Positions 38,103-48,864 of a stretch of DNA of 64,000 nucleotides are shown one piece after another. Position 1 is the first letter of the stretch; each line of letters begins with the position of its first letter. This stretch comes from an uncultured Armatimonadia bacterium (GTDB lineage Bacteria > Armatimonadota > Zipacnadia > CAVVLO01). Location of the stretch: positions 1 to 64,000 of the forward strand of contig CAVVLO010000001.1 of assembly GCA_963749155.1 (NCBI GenBank), given 5' to 3'. The translations under genes and the position numbers were made by a program. The notes beneath the pieces are model-generated. The model was not told the origin of the DNA and did no database searches. It saw only the letters and a list, made by a program, of their open reading frames with translations.

Positions 38103-41100
38103 ATGTCGCGCTGCCCGCACAACCTGACGTGCTTGCTCACCGGCCGCCTGGCCGGACTCATCCTGCTGCTCTCGGGAGTGGCCCTTGCGATGGAACCTGC
38201 CCTCAAGCTTCTGCCCTGGCCTCAGCACCTCGATTATCTGGAGGGAGAAGTGTGTCTCGGCCCACCCAAACTCGCGCCTGGCAGCTCGACTGGCCAGAAG
38301 GCCGCGCTCGCACTGGATTATCTGGGGCGCGCGCTTGCCAATTTCGGGTCCAGCGCTTCCTGTAAGGCTGGGTTGCCTTGAAGAGGGTACTGGAGACCAG
38401 TGGCTGCAGCCGGATGAGACGACCTTCCTCCAGGCTGCCGACACGAGTGAGGAAGCCTACGTTTTACGCCTCGATGCAAGTGGCGCAACGCTCGTCGGGA
38501 AGAACACTCAAGGGCTGCTTTGGGCTGCCCAGACGCTGGTGCAAATCGCAAAATCCGTCGATGAGAGGGCGCCTGCCCTTGCCATACGCGACTGGCCGAC
38601 GCTCGAGTGGCGGTGCCTGTCGCCCACGATGACCTGGTACTCGGGTTGGAACCGCCTCGAGGGTTACGACCTTTGCAACTGGACCTTGGACGAGTGGAAG
38701 TGGCTGGTCGACTGGTCTGTTGAACAAAAAATCAATTGCTGGGCGATGTGCCTCTATGGCTTCTGGCCTTTCACTCTGGACGGGTTCGAGGAGAGCATAC
38801 TGGACGTGGAGTCCTTCTATTTCGACCCGGCCACCGGCGAGAAGACCCCCTATCAGTTTGTCCATCGCAATATAAAGCGAGAGTTCCTCCCCGAGCTGCT
38901 TGCCTACGCGGAAGAGCGCGGTGTCAAAGTATATGCCTACATCGGGAAGAACTCCTTCAACGGGGGCTATATCATCCGGCACCCCGAGGCCAATGCGGGC
39001 GGGGCCGCCGAGGCGCTGCCCTTCGAGCCGGGCGTTGCCGAGTATTGGGATGCCTTCATCGGACGGTTGCTCGAGTGCGGCTTCGATGGCTTCGTATTCG
39101 AAGATCCCGAAGCGTATCACGTCCCCAACGGCAATCTGGGCTGCTGGGAGACTTTCTGGAAGCCCTGGGCTGAAGAATATGGCTACAGCTCGCCTGCCGA
39201 AACCGATGCCAACAAGCCCCCCCTCGGCGTCCATGTGGAATATTACACCTGGCTTTTCCGCCAGTTCGATGAGAGCATCCAGCGCCATGCAAAGCGACTG
39301 GGGAGAGAGCCGGAACTCTATCTAATCTCCCACTTCTTGCTGTCGCGCATACTGGGCGAGGCAGGCAGCGAAGAGAAGGCCCGCGAATGGCTGAAGCTGG
39401 TGGACGAGAAGCAGGGCCATCCCGTGAAGTATATCGTCGCCGAGGGTACCGAACCGCGCTTCGTTGAGCTGCTCGGGCAGGACCGGGTCGCGAGCCTGGG
39501 GGGTCGCGGGGGCAGTTGCCTTTGCGCCTGGCGGCGGATGACCGGAGTTAACAGCAACGCGGTCGGCGGCCCGATGGGCGCCAGCGTGGACTGGGAGCGC
39601 GATTGCCAGCGGCGGGTGGCGCGGGCTGGTGGCTTCGGCGCAATGGCTTACACCTTCGAGTGGCGCAGCAACGAGATCTATGGCTACATCGGGGCGCAGC
39701 ATCTGTGGAACCCCATCGGCGTGCCGGGCATCGACAACGAGGACCAGACAGGTTTCCTCGACTGGGCTTACCGGGTCCATTACGGCGATAAGGCAGGCGC
39801 GCTGGTCGCCAAGGCCCTCGACACCAGCGCCAATGTAAACGATGCGATGGTGCTGGAAGAGGTCCATGGCTCGCAGTATCCAGAGACCGGAAGAGCGCTC
39901 CATCGAGATTATCAGTTGCTGGCAGCCCAGGCGGATGAGGCGCTGGCTCTCGCCTACGAAGCTTATCGCGACTTCACCGGCAGGGAGCCGAACCTCGAAG
40001 CGCCCGACTATCAACCTGAGGCTTTCCACTGGGCTGGGCCTGATGACACCGAGGACAAACTCTTCAAGGCCGAATCGCTTCGGTGGCTCTGTGTCGAGCT
40101 TAAGCGCGCCCAGGTGCTGTGCGAGGCAGCGCTTGCCCATCGCAAGGCCGCAAGCCTGGCAGCAAAGGGCGCTGCTTCAAGCAGAATTGATTCCACTACT
40201 CGAGCGATGCGTAGTCCTGGCGCGGACCAACCAACGGCTCTACCAGGTCAACTTCGAGGACGATTACAACTGGAACGATGGCCTCTCGGTAAACCTGACC
40301 GAGCGTTTCGAGGCGTTACTGGCACTTGCGAAGGCCCAGCCGGCGGGCGAGATGCTGACCTCGGAGCTTGGCCACTCCGATCCGCTGCCATGGGAGAAAC
40401 TCACCGACCTGCTGCCGACACCGAGCCGGGCCCCGGGCTGCGGTTGGAGTTGAAGCTTGGGCTTAACTCCCTGCGGTCCTACCAGTGTCACGGGGTGGTC
40501 TACTCGGTGCTGGCCCAAGTCGGCGGTGACTGGCGGCTCCTCTTCCGCCGCACAGTTGGCAAGAACGCCACCGACTGGGAGCCCTGGGAGATTTCCTTGC
40601 CAGAAGGCACAACTGCTGTGAGACTGGAGACCGACAGCTACACGCGCGCCCAGGCCAGAGCTTCACTGCCCTTCGATTGGGCGCTGTGGGGCGATGTGGA
40701 GCTTGTGCGCGTGGACGCGGCGGGCGACCGCACGCTAGTGGCGCAGCTGGCAGATTCTCTCGATAAAGTGCAACGGTTTGTGGTGATGGATTCCGACGGC
40801 TTGGTGCGGCCTTTCGACGGGCCGGAAGTGGATTCCACCGGCGCCGAAGTCAGAAACCTTGCCCCTGGTCTGGTCCAGCAACTGCGCGCCAGTGAAGGCG
40901 CCACCTGGCAGTGGGTAGACGGTTACACAACTGAAAGCGAACCTGGCGCCCCTCACGCCTCGCCCTACCCAAGTTACGCGGGCACCTTCTCCTCCTGGTG
41001 GGGTTACGCGAGAGAACTCGGCGAGGTGACCTGGGCTACCGCGCCTGTGCCGGAGGCGAAGCGCACTGCTTTCGTTTTCATCGGCGGCACCGACTATACG

Positions 41101-41493
41101 CCTGGCACTGCCGAGTTACTGGTAAACGGGCAGCGCGCGCTGGGCTTTACTACCGGCAGCAGTAGAGACGCCCTCTGGCGCGAGGGCGAGGTGGAACTGC
41201 GCTACTTCCACAAGGCCGACACGCGTGATGAGCGCATCACCTATGGCCTCAGCGGGGTCTTCGTGCTGGTGTTGCCGGCCGAACTCCTCCAAACTGGCCA
41301 GCCTGTCGAACTGACCGTGCGAGTGCTGACCGAGGGCCAGTCCTGGTTTATGCTGCATGGGATCGAGCAACCTCTTGCTCGCGCGGATGGGGTTTCCCCA
41401 CCGGCGGGGGCGAAAGCAGTCCTTACTGCCTTCACCCCTCGCGCTGAGGGCAAGTGGGGCGTGACTGGACTGGAATGGGAGTTACCCAATTAG
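38103..41493 (+). CDS. Secreted protein with GH20/hexosaminidase domain-2-like N-terminus and uncharacterised TIM barrel; frameshifts at ~38344, ~40177 and ~40437
   Basis: ATG 38103 after GGAGG; signal peptide, LLPWPQHL, EEAYVLRL..GLLWAAQTLVQ..IRDWP, ELLAYAEERGVKV. Between ~40177 and ~40437 the protein-like reading is the +1 frame (QAELIPLLERC..NFEDDYNWNDG). Confidence 0.65.
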
Positions 41494-43853
41494 CTAGGGC
41501 TCTCGCTTCACGATCCTGACGCCAAAGGCGCCGCCGGCCATATTGCCCGGCTGGGCCTGCAAAGCGTACTGTTACCTGCTCTTTACCCGTCGTTAGTTCG
41601 ACTGGCAGCGGCACTTCCTCATCGTAGAATCGGCCAGGCTGGTTGTTACTCAGTGAGTGGGTGGCTACCTTTACGCCCTCCACCAGCACATCGAATACTC
41701 GCGGGCCTGAGTCGCTGCCCCAATAAGTTATGATCAAGTCGACTGGCTGATCTGGTAGCACAGCCATATTAAACGAGAACCAGCCCTGATCGGCGTCGCG
41801 CCAGCCTTTGTCACGCAAGGCGCCAGTGCGAGAACGTTCTCCCTGCACGCCGTGGGTCGCTTCGGAAGCCCCATCTCCAGGCTGGCAGAAATCCACTGTG
41901 CGCGCCTGGAGGGCTGCCAATCGTGCCGCTTCGGCGCGGCGTTCGGTCTCCATTTGCTTCCAGCCTTCGCGCGTCATCAAATCAAAGTAAACACTGTAGT
42001 AGGCTCCGTGTACGGTATAGAAAGGCTTGAAAAGGATGTCCTCCGGCAGGCCTGCCTTGTGAGAAGTGAAAGTCAAAGGCTGGTCTGGGACTGGCTGTAT
42101 CCAGCGCTCCAGAGGGCGGTTCTCGGGCAGGAAGACAGGCGCTGGGCCAGTCTCGGAGCCGATCTGTCCAAGCTCGCCTGCCAGCACCAGTGGCCCATAC
42201 ATCACCGCAACGCGGCTGGGATTGTCCGGCATCGGTTCGAGATGCAGCCCCATCGGCAACGCGACCTCCAGCACATCACCGCCCCGCCATTCACGTTCGA
42301 TCGAGACAAAACCGGCCTCAGTTTCACGTCCGGCTACAGGTTTGCCATTTAGCAGAAGCGCCATAGGCCCAGCCAGCCAATACGGCTTGCGCAGCAGCAC
42401 TTCAAGCTTCACCGGGCGCTGGCAGTCAAAGCTGAATTTGGTCGCTGGCTCCTCGGGGAAGGTTGTCGCCTGCGTCAGCTTCAGGCCCTTCTCGGCCCAG
42501 GCAAGCTCGGAGGGGAGGTAGAGATTCACCCAAAGGGCGTCCTGGGAGTGGAAATATATCCCCTCGCCATACCTGGCGTGGTTCTCGATGCCCGTCCCAG
42601 TGCAGCACCAGAAGGAATCGTGGGGTGTTGAGTAGACCTTGAAGCCGCCTGGCTTCAGCGAGACGTAATAACACATCATCCCATCGCCTGGATTCTGCGA
42701 GGCCAGGATGTGGTTGAACAGCGCGCGTTCGTAGAAGTCGCCGAGCTCGGTGGTTGGCGCCAGCTCAATCAGGTGGCGCGTGAGTTTGAGCATATTATAG
42801 GTATTGCAGGTCTCCATCGTGCTGGGAGAGAGATATTCTGCCAGGAGGTCAGAGGGGCTAAAGGCTTCCCCATCGCTATGACCGCCTGTCGCATAGGAGT
42901 GATGATGCGCGACTCTGTCCCAGAAGAAACGCGATATGGTCAGGTAACGTTCTTCACCCGTCAGCTCGTAAAGGCGCGCCATACCTAGGACCTTGGGTAT
43001 CTGTGTGTTGGCATGGATTCCCCCAAGGCGGTCTTCGCCAGCCGCAAGCGGGTCCAGGATGGCCCGGTGGAAGAATCTCTTCGAGAGGGTAAGGTAACGC
43101 TCCTCTCCAGTGAGGGCGTAGAGATTGGCCAGCGCCTCGTTCATCCCGCCATGCTCGCAGGCGAGCATCTGTTGCCACTGCTCATCGGTCAGTTTGGCAG
43201 TAGTCTCGATGGCCCAGTCGCCAAAATCGGCTGCGATACGCTTGGCTTCGTTGTTGTCACAGTACAGCCAGGCATCCACGAGCCCTGCCAGCAGCTTGTG
43301 CAATGTGTACCAGGGTACCCAGAGCCCATTGAGATCGAAGCCCTGGCTAGTGATTTTCCCTTCGGCGATCTCGGCAAAGACGCGCTCACCCTCGGGGATG
43401 CCTCCCACATAACCAGTTCCGTATTGGGCCTGGCAAAGAGCCAACTCGCCCACAATATAGTCTACGCGCTCCTTGAAGCGCTCATCACCTGTCGAGGCAT
43501 ACATCATCGAGCAGGCCGAAAGATAATGCCCCAGTGTGTGGCCTGATACCCCACCTGTCTCCCAGCCGCCATACAGCTCTCCTTTGGGCTCCAATCCTGC
43601 GTACTCGTGGAACCGGTGCAACAGCCGGTCAGGTTCGAGTTCCAGCAGGTATTCGGCATCCTTCTGCTGCGCGTGCTGGAAAGGGCCAGGCAGCAATCGG
43701 ACTTCGTGCAGGCTGAAAGGTAAAGCTTCAAGCCTGGCCGACGGCAAGACCTTTACCCGAGCACTATCGTATTCTGGCCAGTTGGCCGCCATCGCAGCGT
43801 TCATCAGCAATCCTCCGAATATGAACAGCGCCAGTTGAGGCAGATAATTTCAT
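41494..43853 (-). CDS. Secreted GH127/GH146-like beta-L-arabinofuranosidase with C-terminal beta-sandwich; frameshifts at ~43848 and ~41560
   Basis: YGGWE, GHTLGHYLSA, WVPWYTLHK, EHGGMNE, HANTQIPK, METCNTYNMLKL, FWCCTGTG, YGPLVLAG. Corrected start ATG 43853 (GGGAGG RBS) restores a signal peptide; corrected end ..AGGAFGVRIVKREP* at 41494. Confidence 0.88.
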
Positions 43854-44011
43854 CTGTCGATACCTCCCAAATCCGAGTGTCCAGTAAAAAATATTCGACG
43901 CTTTTGGCCGGTTTCTTGCATATCGCCCTAAGGGAGGAGGCCGAAACTTCCGATAAGGCAGTCTGGAAGGGATTTCCAGGCCTGTTTGGCCTCATCCAGG
44001 GACGGTGCGGT

Positions 44012-45298
44012 ATGGCATACGGCAGGTTGATGTATCTGCTTCTAGTAGTTGGACTAGTGCTTATAACTAGTGTCTGGCTGACCGACTATACACCTTCAGG
44101 TTTATCGATGTGGCTCCCCGTAGTGCTTGGATTATTATGGCTGCAAGTCTTTTTCCTGCTCGGAGGGGCAGAGCGTTCTACCCTGCGCAGGGCCCGGACT
44201 GTGTTCTGGCTTGCGTCCGTGGCGTCTTTCACCGTGCTGGTGGGCTTGTGGGTTGGTGGCTATGGAGCTTCTTTGCCGGCCTATAAGCTGGCGGCTATCT
44301 GCTGCGGTTTGTGGACTGGAGGCGCGCTGGCGCTTTGCGTGCTGCTCAGGCCCTTTGCCAGGACTGATTCGACAAGCTTCTTCCTCCTGGTTGCGGATTC
44401 AGCTGAACTGGAGCGTTCGCTCGCGGCTGAAGTCACTCGGGTATATGGCGTCGAGTGCGCTCCGGCCAGTGCTCGGCCCCAAGCGACAGAGACTGGACAG
44501 GAGCCTATGGCGTATCTGCCAGGGGTCGCCTCTCCGGAAAAACTGACGTTACTCAGTCGTCAGGCCCAGGCCCGGGGTCAATTGATGCCCCTCGGTGACC
44601 TGCTGGAACGCCTGACAGGCAAGGCGGCGCTGCTTCACGTACCCGAGGGCTGGATTGCACGTATAGGCTGGCAGCGACCTCATTCAGATGCCGTGATGGC
44701 CCTCAAGCATCTGCTCGACAAGCTGGCGGCGCTGGCCTTGCTGGTTTGTTCGTCGCCGCTGCTGGTTGCCTGTATGCTGGCGATCCTGCTTGAGGATGGG
44801 CGGCCGATTTTTTATTCTCAGCGACGCAGTGGAGAGCGTGGCAAGATTTTCACGATGTGGAAGCTACGCACGATGGTCAAGGACGCCGAACAGCATACAG
44901 GCGCCGTTTGGGCTTCCCATGGCGATCGCCGGGTAACTCGTACTGGGCGTATCCTAAGGGCCACAGGCCTGGATGAGATACCCCAACTGTGGAACATTTT
45001 GCGTGGCGAGATGAGCCTGGTTGGGCCAAGACCCGAAAGGCCCGAACTGGTCGAGCAACTGGCCGAACAACTTCCGGTCTATCGGGCGCGGTTGGCTGTG
45101 AGACCGGGCTTGCTTGGGTGGGCGCAACTCCATCGGGGGGGAGATACCTGCCTTGCCGATGTTATAGATAAATTGCGCTACGACTTGTACTATCTCAATC
45201 ATCTCTCACTCTGGCTCGATGCGCGCGTTGTCCTGGGGACGCTCAGGATGATTGTTCTACAGCGCAAGCCTTCAGCGGGGGTGGAGCAAACAGTCTAG
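44012..45298 (+). CDS. Polyprenyl-phosphate glycosylphosphotransferase (bacterial sugar transferase, WcaJ/WbaP-like)
   Basis: Four N-terminal TM helices; PIFYSQRRSG, FTMWKLRTM, LDEIPQLWNILRGEMSLVGPRPERP, RPGLLGWAQ, YDLYYL. Confidence 0.9.
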   Translation: MAYGRLMYLLLVVGLVLITSVWLTDYTPSGLSMWLPVVLGLLWLQVFFLLGGAERSTLRRARTVFWLASVASFTVLVGLWVGGYGASLPAYKLAAICCGLWTGGALALCVLLRPFARTDSTSFFLLVADSAELERSLAAEVTRVYGVECAPASARPQATETGQEPMAYLPGVASPEKLTLLSRQAQARGQLMPLGDLLERLTGKAALLHVPEGWIARIGWQRPHSDAVMALKHLLDKLAALALLVCSSPLLVACMLAILLEDGRPIFYSQRRSGERGKIFTMWKLRTMVKDAEQHTGAVWASHGDRRVTRTGRILRATGLDEIPQLWNILRGEMSLVGPRPERPELVEQLAEQLPVYRARLAVRPGLLGWAQLHRGGDTCLADVIDKLRYDLYYLNHLSLWLDARVVLGTLRMIVLQRKPSAGVEQTV

Positions 45299-45394
45299 AC
45301 TGCTTGAGGGTTGGAGTGGTCAAGTATTGCCTCGGGTGTGATAGGATTCTAGTAACGCACCTATCCTCATCCACTAGGAGGCGACCATCGCTCT

Positions 45395-46111
45395 ATGGGC
45401 CTGATTGAGTTTACTGACAACCACGAGGACCTTAGTACCGATAAGGGGTTCCAGTTCAAGTTCTTCTGTGAGCGCTGCCAGAACGGCTTTATGAGCACTT
45501 ACAAGATCAACAAGCTCGGAACCGCTTCGGGCTTGCTTGGCGCCGCGGGCAGATTACTCGGCGGAGTGCTGGACCGCGCCGCGGACAGTGCTTACGAAGT
45601 TCAACAGGCAGTGGGCGGTCCCGCCCACGATGCTGCGCTCAAGGAAGCGGTCGAAGAAGCCAAAGTCCACTTCCACCAGTGCGAACGGTGTGGGCAGTGG
45701 GTTTGCCCCGAACGCTGCTGGAATGAAGAGCGCACGATGTGCAAGGACTGCGCGCCCGATTTCGGCGAGGAACTCGCCGCCGCTCAGCAGGAAGAGATGC
45801 TGAGCCAGATGCGCGAGAAGGTTCGCGAGACCGACCTCATCGGCGAACTGGATGTCACAAGCACAGCCACAGGCAAATGTCCCAATTGTGGGGCAAAATC
45901 GACTGGGGGCAAGTTCTGTCCCGAGTGCGGCAAGCCGTATGCGCCCGAGATAGAGTGCCCAAAGTGCGGAGCCAAAGCGAAAGCTGGCGCAAAGTTTTGC
46001 CTCGAGTGCGGCCAGTCTTTGGTTGTCCTGACCGCCTGTCCCAAGTGCGGCGCCAAACTCGAGCCTGGCGCGAAATTCTGCGCCGAGTGTGGAGAGAAAC
46101 TTGGTGGCTGA
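45395..46111 (+). CDS. Cys-rich zinc-ribbon protein with three C-terminal double-zinc-ribbon repeats
   Basis: AGGAGG RBS; ten CxxC-type pairs; repeats CPxCGAK..(G)AKFCxECG. Confidence 0.85.
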   Translation: MGLIEFTDNHEDLSTDKGFQFKFFCERCQNGFMSTYKINKLGTASGLLGAAGRLLGGVLDRAADSAYEVQQAVGGPAHDAALKEAVEEAKVHFHQCERCGQWVCPERCWNEERTMCKDCAPDFGEELAAAQQEEMLSQMREKVRETDLIGELDVTSTATGKCPNCGAKSTGGKFCPECGKPYAPEIECPKCGAKAKAGAKFCLECGQSLVVLTACPKCGAKLEPGAKFCAECGEKLGG

Positions 46112-47357
46112 GCAACCGGCAGAATTCAAAGGCGCCTGGCGCTTATTGGCCAAGGACGGCAGCCTGCTCGAAGAAGGGCAAGGCTCGCTGGCCTTTCTGC
46201 CTGATGCAGTGGTGCTTGCTTCCTCGACAGGCGGACAGCTGGAAATGCTCTGGCGCGACTTTGCCGCGCTTGAGAGCGCCGATTATGTTCTCTCGCTTCG
46301 ATTGCACTCGGGTGAGAAGTTGGCACTCTACAAACTCGGCGCGCGCTATGAAGAGGCCGTCGAAGAGGCGGCCAGGTTGCGCGCCGATGCGCTGGCTGCG
46401 GCTTTACTGATTGACGAGTCGTTATTGCATGGGGGTTACGAGGCGCTAATCCGGGTTGGTGAAGAGCCTGCCTTCGAGGGAGAACTGCGACTTTATGATT
46501 CGCGTTTGGGACTTTTCCCTCGAGCCAGTTTGCCCTCAGTGCTGGAGTATCCATGCCTCGCATCGGTTGAACTGGATGAGGCTACTTACGAACTGGTGCT
46601 GCAACCTGCTAACGGCAAGCCGGTGAGGCTGGGCAAGCTGGGCGCGCGCGGGGCAGAGTGCCAGGAGCTGCTCTCCCAATTGATCGCAAGGCACAAAGGA
46701 CGCACCCAACAAGCGCTACAAAATACATTGGCTGGGCTGGATTCGATGGCGCTGCGCAGGACCGCGAACCTGCTGGTCGATGGCCGATGCGCAAGTAAGG
46801 CGGAGCTGGATTCCGTGGCCTCAGCCGCCTGGGCCGCTCTCGAAGCCGCTTGTCTGACGAAGGAAGAGCGCAAGCCCTATTATGAGGCGCTCAAGGCAAT
46901 CAGCCCGATAAATTCGTTGCGTTTTGGCCTCAAACAGGTGACCGCCACCGGCTTTGAGGGGCAGGAGAGTTCTTTGCCTCCTGTCGGGGACGAGACAGGC
47001 CGGGAGTTTCCGGTGCTCGCCTGGTTGCTTGCGCCACTCGGTCCCGAAGGCGCGCCCGTTGCTGTGGCCTGGGAAGTGCTGACCGAAGGCGATCACGCCA
47101 CATATGGGTTCTGGCTGGATCCCTCGCAAGGGCAAACCGATCTGGAAGAACTCCAACGGTGCCTGCAGCGAGTGCAATTTCGCCGCGAACCCATCGGGGC
47201 AAGCGCCACCGACCTGACAGGGCAGCTTGGTCAGTATGCGCTCGCGGTAGCCCAAGTGCCAGAGCTGGTCTGGCTGCGAAAGCGCCTGATGGGGAGAGCC
47301 ATCCACGCGACGCCAGAGAGCTGGGCGAAATCGGTAAAGGAGTGGGCGGGCGGATAA
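46104..47357 (+). CDS. Hypothetical cytoplasmic protein, translationally coupled to the zinc-ribbon gene
   Basis: GTG 46104 after GGAGAG, overlapping the upstream stop; 417 codons with protein-like composition; two beta-rich segments ending in L.KLGAR. Confidence 0.7.
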   Translation: MAEQPAEFKGAWRLLAKDGSLLEEGQGSLAFLPDAVVLASSTGGQLEMLWRDFAALESADYVLSLRLHSGEKLALYKLGARYEEAVEEAARLRADALAAALLIDESLLHGGYEALIRVGEEPAFEGELRLYDSRLGLFPRASLPSVLEYPCLASVELDEATYELVLQPANGKPVRLGKLGARGAECQELLSQLIARHKGRTQQALQNTLAGLDSMALRRTANLLVDGRCASKAELDSVASAAWAALEAACLTKEERKPYYEALKAISPINSLRFGLKQVTATGFEGQESSLPPVGDETGREFPVLAWLLAPLGPEGAPVAVAWEVLTEGDHATYGFWLDPSQGQTDLEELQRCLQRVQFRREPIGASATDLTGQLGQYALAVAQVPELVWLRKRLMGRAIHATPESWAKSVKEWAGG

Positions 47358-47373
47358 TTGCCTGTGCCGGAGG

Positions 47374-48864
47374 CTAACCTGATGAGCCGCCAAAAGCCAA
47401 GGCGATAAGGCGCTCTTCGGTCGCTTCGGCGCCGCTGACCTCGCCTCTCAGTCGCCCCTCGTGCATCACGAGGATGCGATCGCACAGGCCGATGAGTTCG
47501 GGCAGCTCCGAGCTGACCACGATTACTCCGTTGCCAGCGCTTGCCCAGGCGCGCAGTTGGCGATGGAGTTCTGCTTTGGCCCCGACATCCACGCCGCGAG
47601 TCGGCTCATCCACCAGAAGCACCTTCGGCCTGGTCGCAAGCCACCTGCCAAACAGCACCTTCTGCTGGTTGCCGCCGGAAAGCCGTCCCACCGCCTGATC
47701 GAGGGAAGCATAACGCACATCCAGACTCTGGCAGGTTTCAGCAGCGAGTTTCTGAGCAAGCCTGGCGCTTACCACTCCGCCTGGCGAAAGCGCGTCCAGA
47801 CTCGCGCAGCCGATATTGTCCTCGATACTGCGTTCGAGGAATAATCCCAGCGTTTTGCGGTCTTCAGTCACGTAAGCCAGGCCCGCCGCCATCGCGTCAC
47901 CGACCCTCTCCAGTCGGAGCGGCTGGTTTTCGAGGCTAACAGAACCCTCGGTTGCTGGTGCTGCGCCAAAAAGGGCCAGCATAAGCTCGGTGCGGCCCGA
48001 ACCGACCAGGCCCGAAAATCCCAAAACCTCGCCGCGATGCAGATTGAAGCTGATATCTGCGAATACGCCAGCCTTCCCAAGCCCCTCTACCCGCAGCAAC
48101 TCTTCGCCAATCTCCTCGGCTTTGGGGGGGAAGAGCGCGGTCAGCTCGCGCCCGACCATCAGATTGATGACCTCAGGGCGGTTAGTCTCGGCAGTTGGCC
48201 TGGTGGCCACCAGATTGCCATCGCGCAGCACGGTGATACGGTCGGCTACCTGGAAGACCTCATCCAGCCTGTGAGAGATATAGACGACTCCAAGCCCGCG
48301 CTCGGCCAGGCGTCTGATTGTGTCCAGCACCAGACTCGTCTCATGGGCCTCAAGGGAGGAGGTCGGCTCATCGAAGATGATGAGGCGCGGGTTTTGAGCG
48401 AGCGCTTTCAGTATCTCGACGACCTGACGATTGCCCATCCCAAGCTCGGAAGTCGGCGTGGCAGGATGGATCTTGAGGTCGAATTCGGCCATCAGCGCGG
48501 CGGCCTGGCGATTCAATTCGTTCCAGTTAATCAGGCCGAAAGTGGTTGGTTCGCGGCCAGCCATCAGGTTCTGCGCGACAGTAAGGTCAGGCGCAAGCGA
48601 CAGTTCCTGATGGACCATCGCGATGCCGGCTGCAAGCGCCTCGTGCGGATTATGAAAAGTGCCTTGCTTCTCCTCGAAAAGCACCTGGCCAGCATCGGCC
48701 TGATACACCCCGGAGGCGATCTTCATCAAGGTGCTCTTGCCGGCGCCATTCTCACCGACCAGCGCATGCACTTCTCCGGCGCGGACTTCGAAGTCCACCC
48801 CGTGCAGCACTTCGACACCGCCGAAGCTCTTGCGAAGGCCAATCAGCCGAAGCAATTCGCTCAC
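47374..48864 (-). CDS. Monosaccharide ABC transporter ATP-binding protein (RbsA/MglA type, two NBDs)
   Basis: GENGAGKSTLMK, FDEPTSSL, YISHRL, LSGGNQQKV, DEPTRGVDVGAK, SSELPEL. Confidence 0.95.
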   Translation of the reverse strand: MSELLRLIGLRKSFGGVEVLHGVDFEVRAGEVHALVGENGAGKSTLMKIASGVYQADAGQVLFEEKQGTFHNPHEALAAGIAMVHQELSLAPDLTVAQNLMAGREPTTFGLINWNELNRQAAALMAEFDLKIHPATPTSELGMGNRQVVEILKALAQNPRLIIFDEPTSSLEAHETSLVLDTIRRLAERGLGVVYISHRLDEVFQVADRITVLRDGNLVATRPTAETNRPEVINLMVGRELTALFPPKAEEIGEELLRVEGLGKAGVFADISFNLHRGEVLGFSGLVGSGRTELMLALFGAAPATEGSVSLENQPLRLERVGDAMAAGLAYVTEDRKTLGLFLERSIEDNIGCASLDALSPGGVVSARLAQKLAAETCQSLDVRYASLDQAVGRLSGGNQQKVLFGRWLATRPKVLLVDEPTRGVDVGAKAELHRQLRAWASAGNGVIVVSSELPELIGLCDRILVMHEGRLRGEVSGAEATEERLIALAFGGSSG

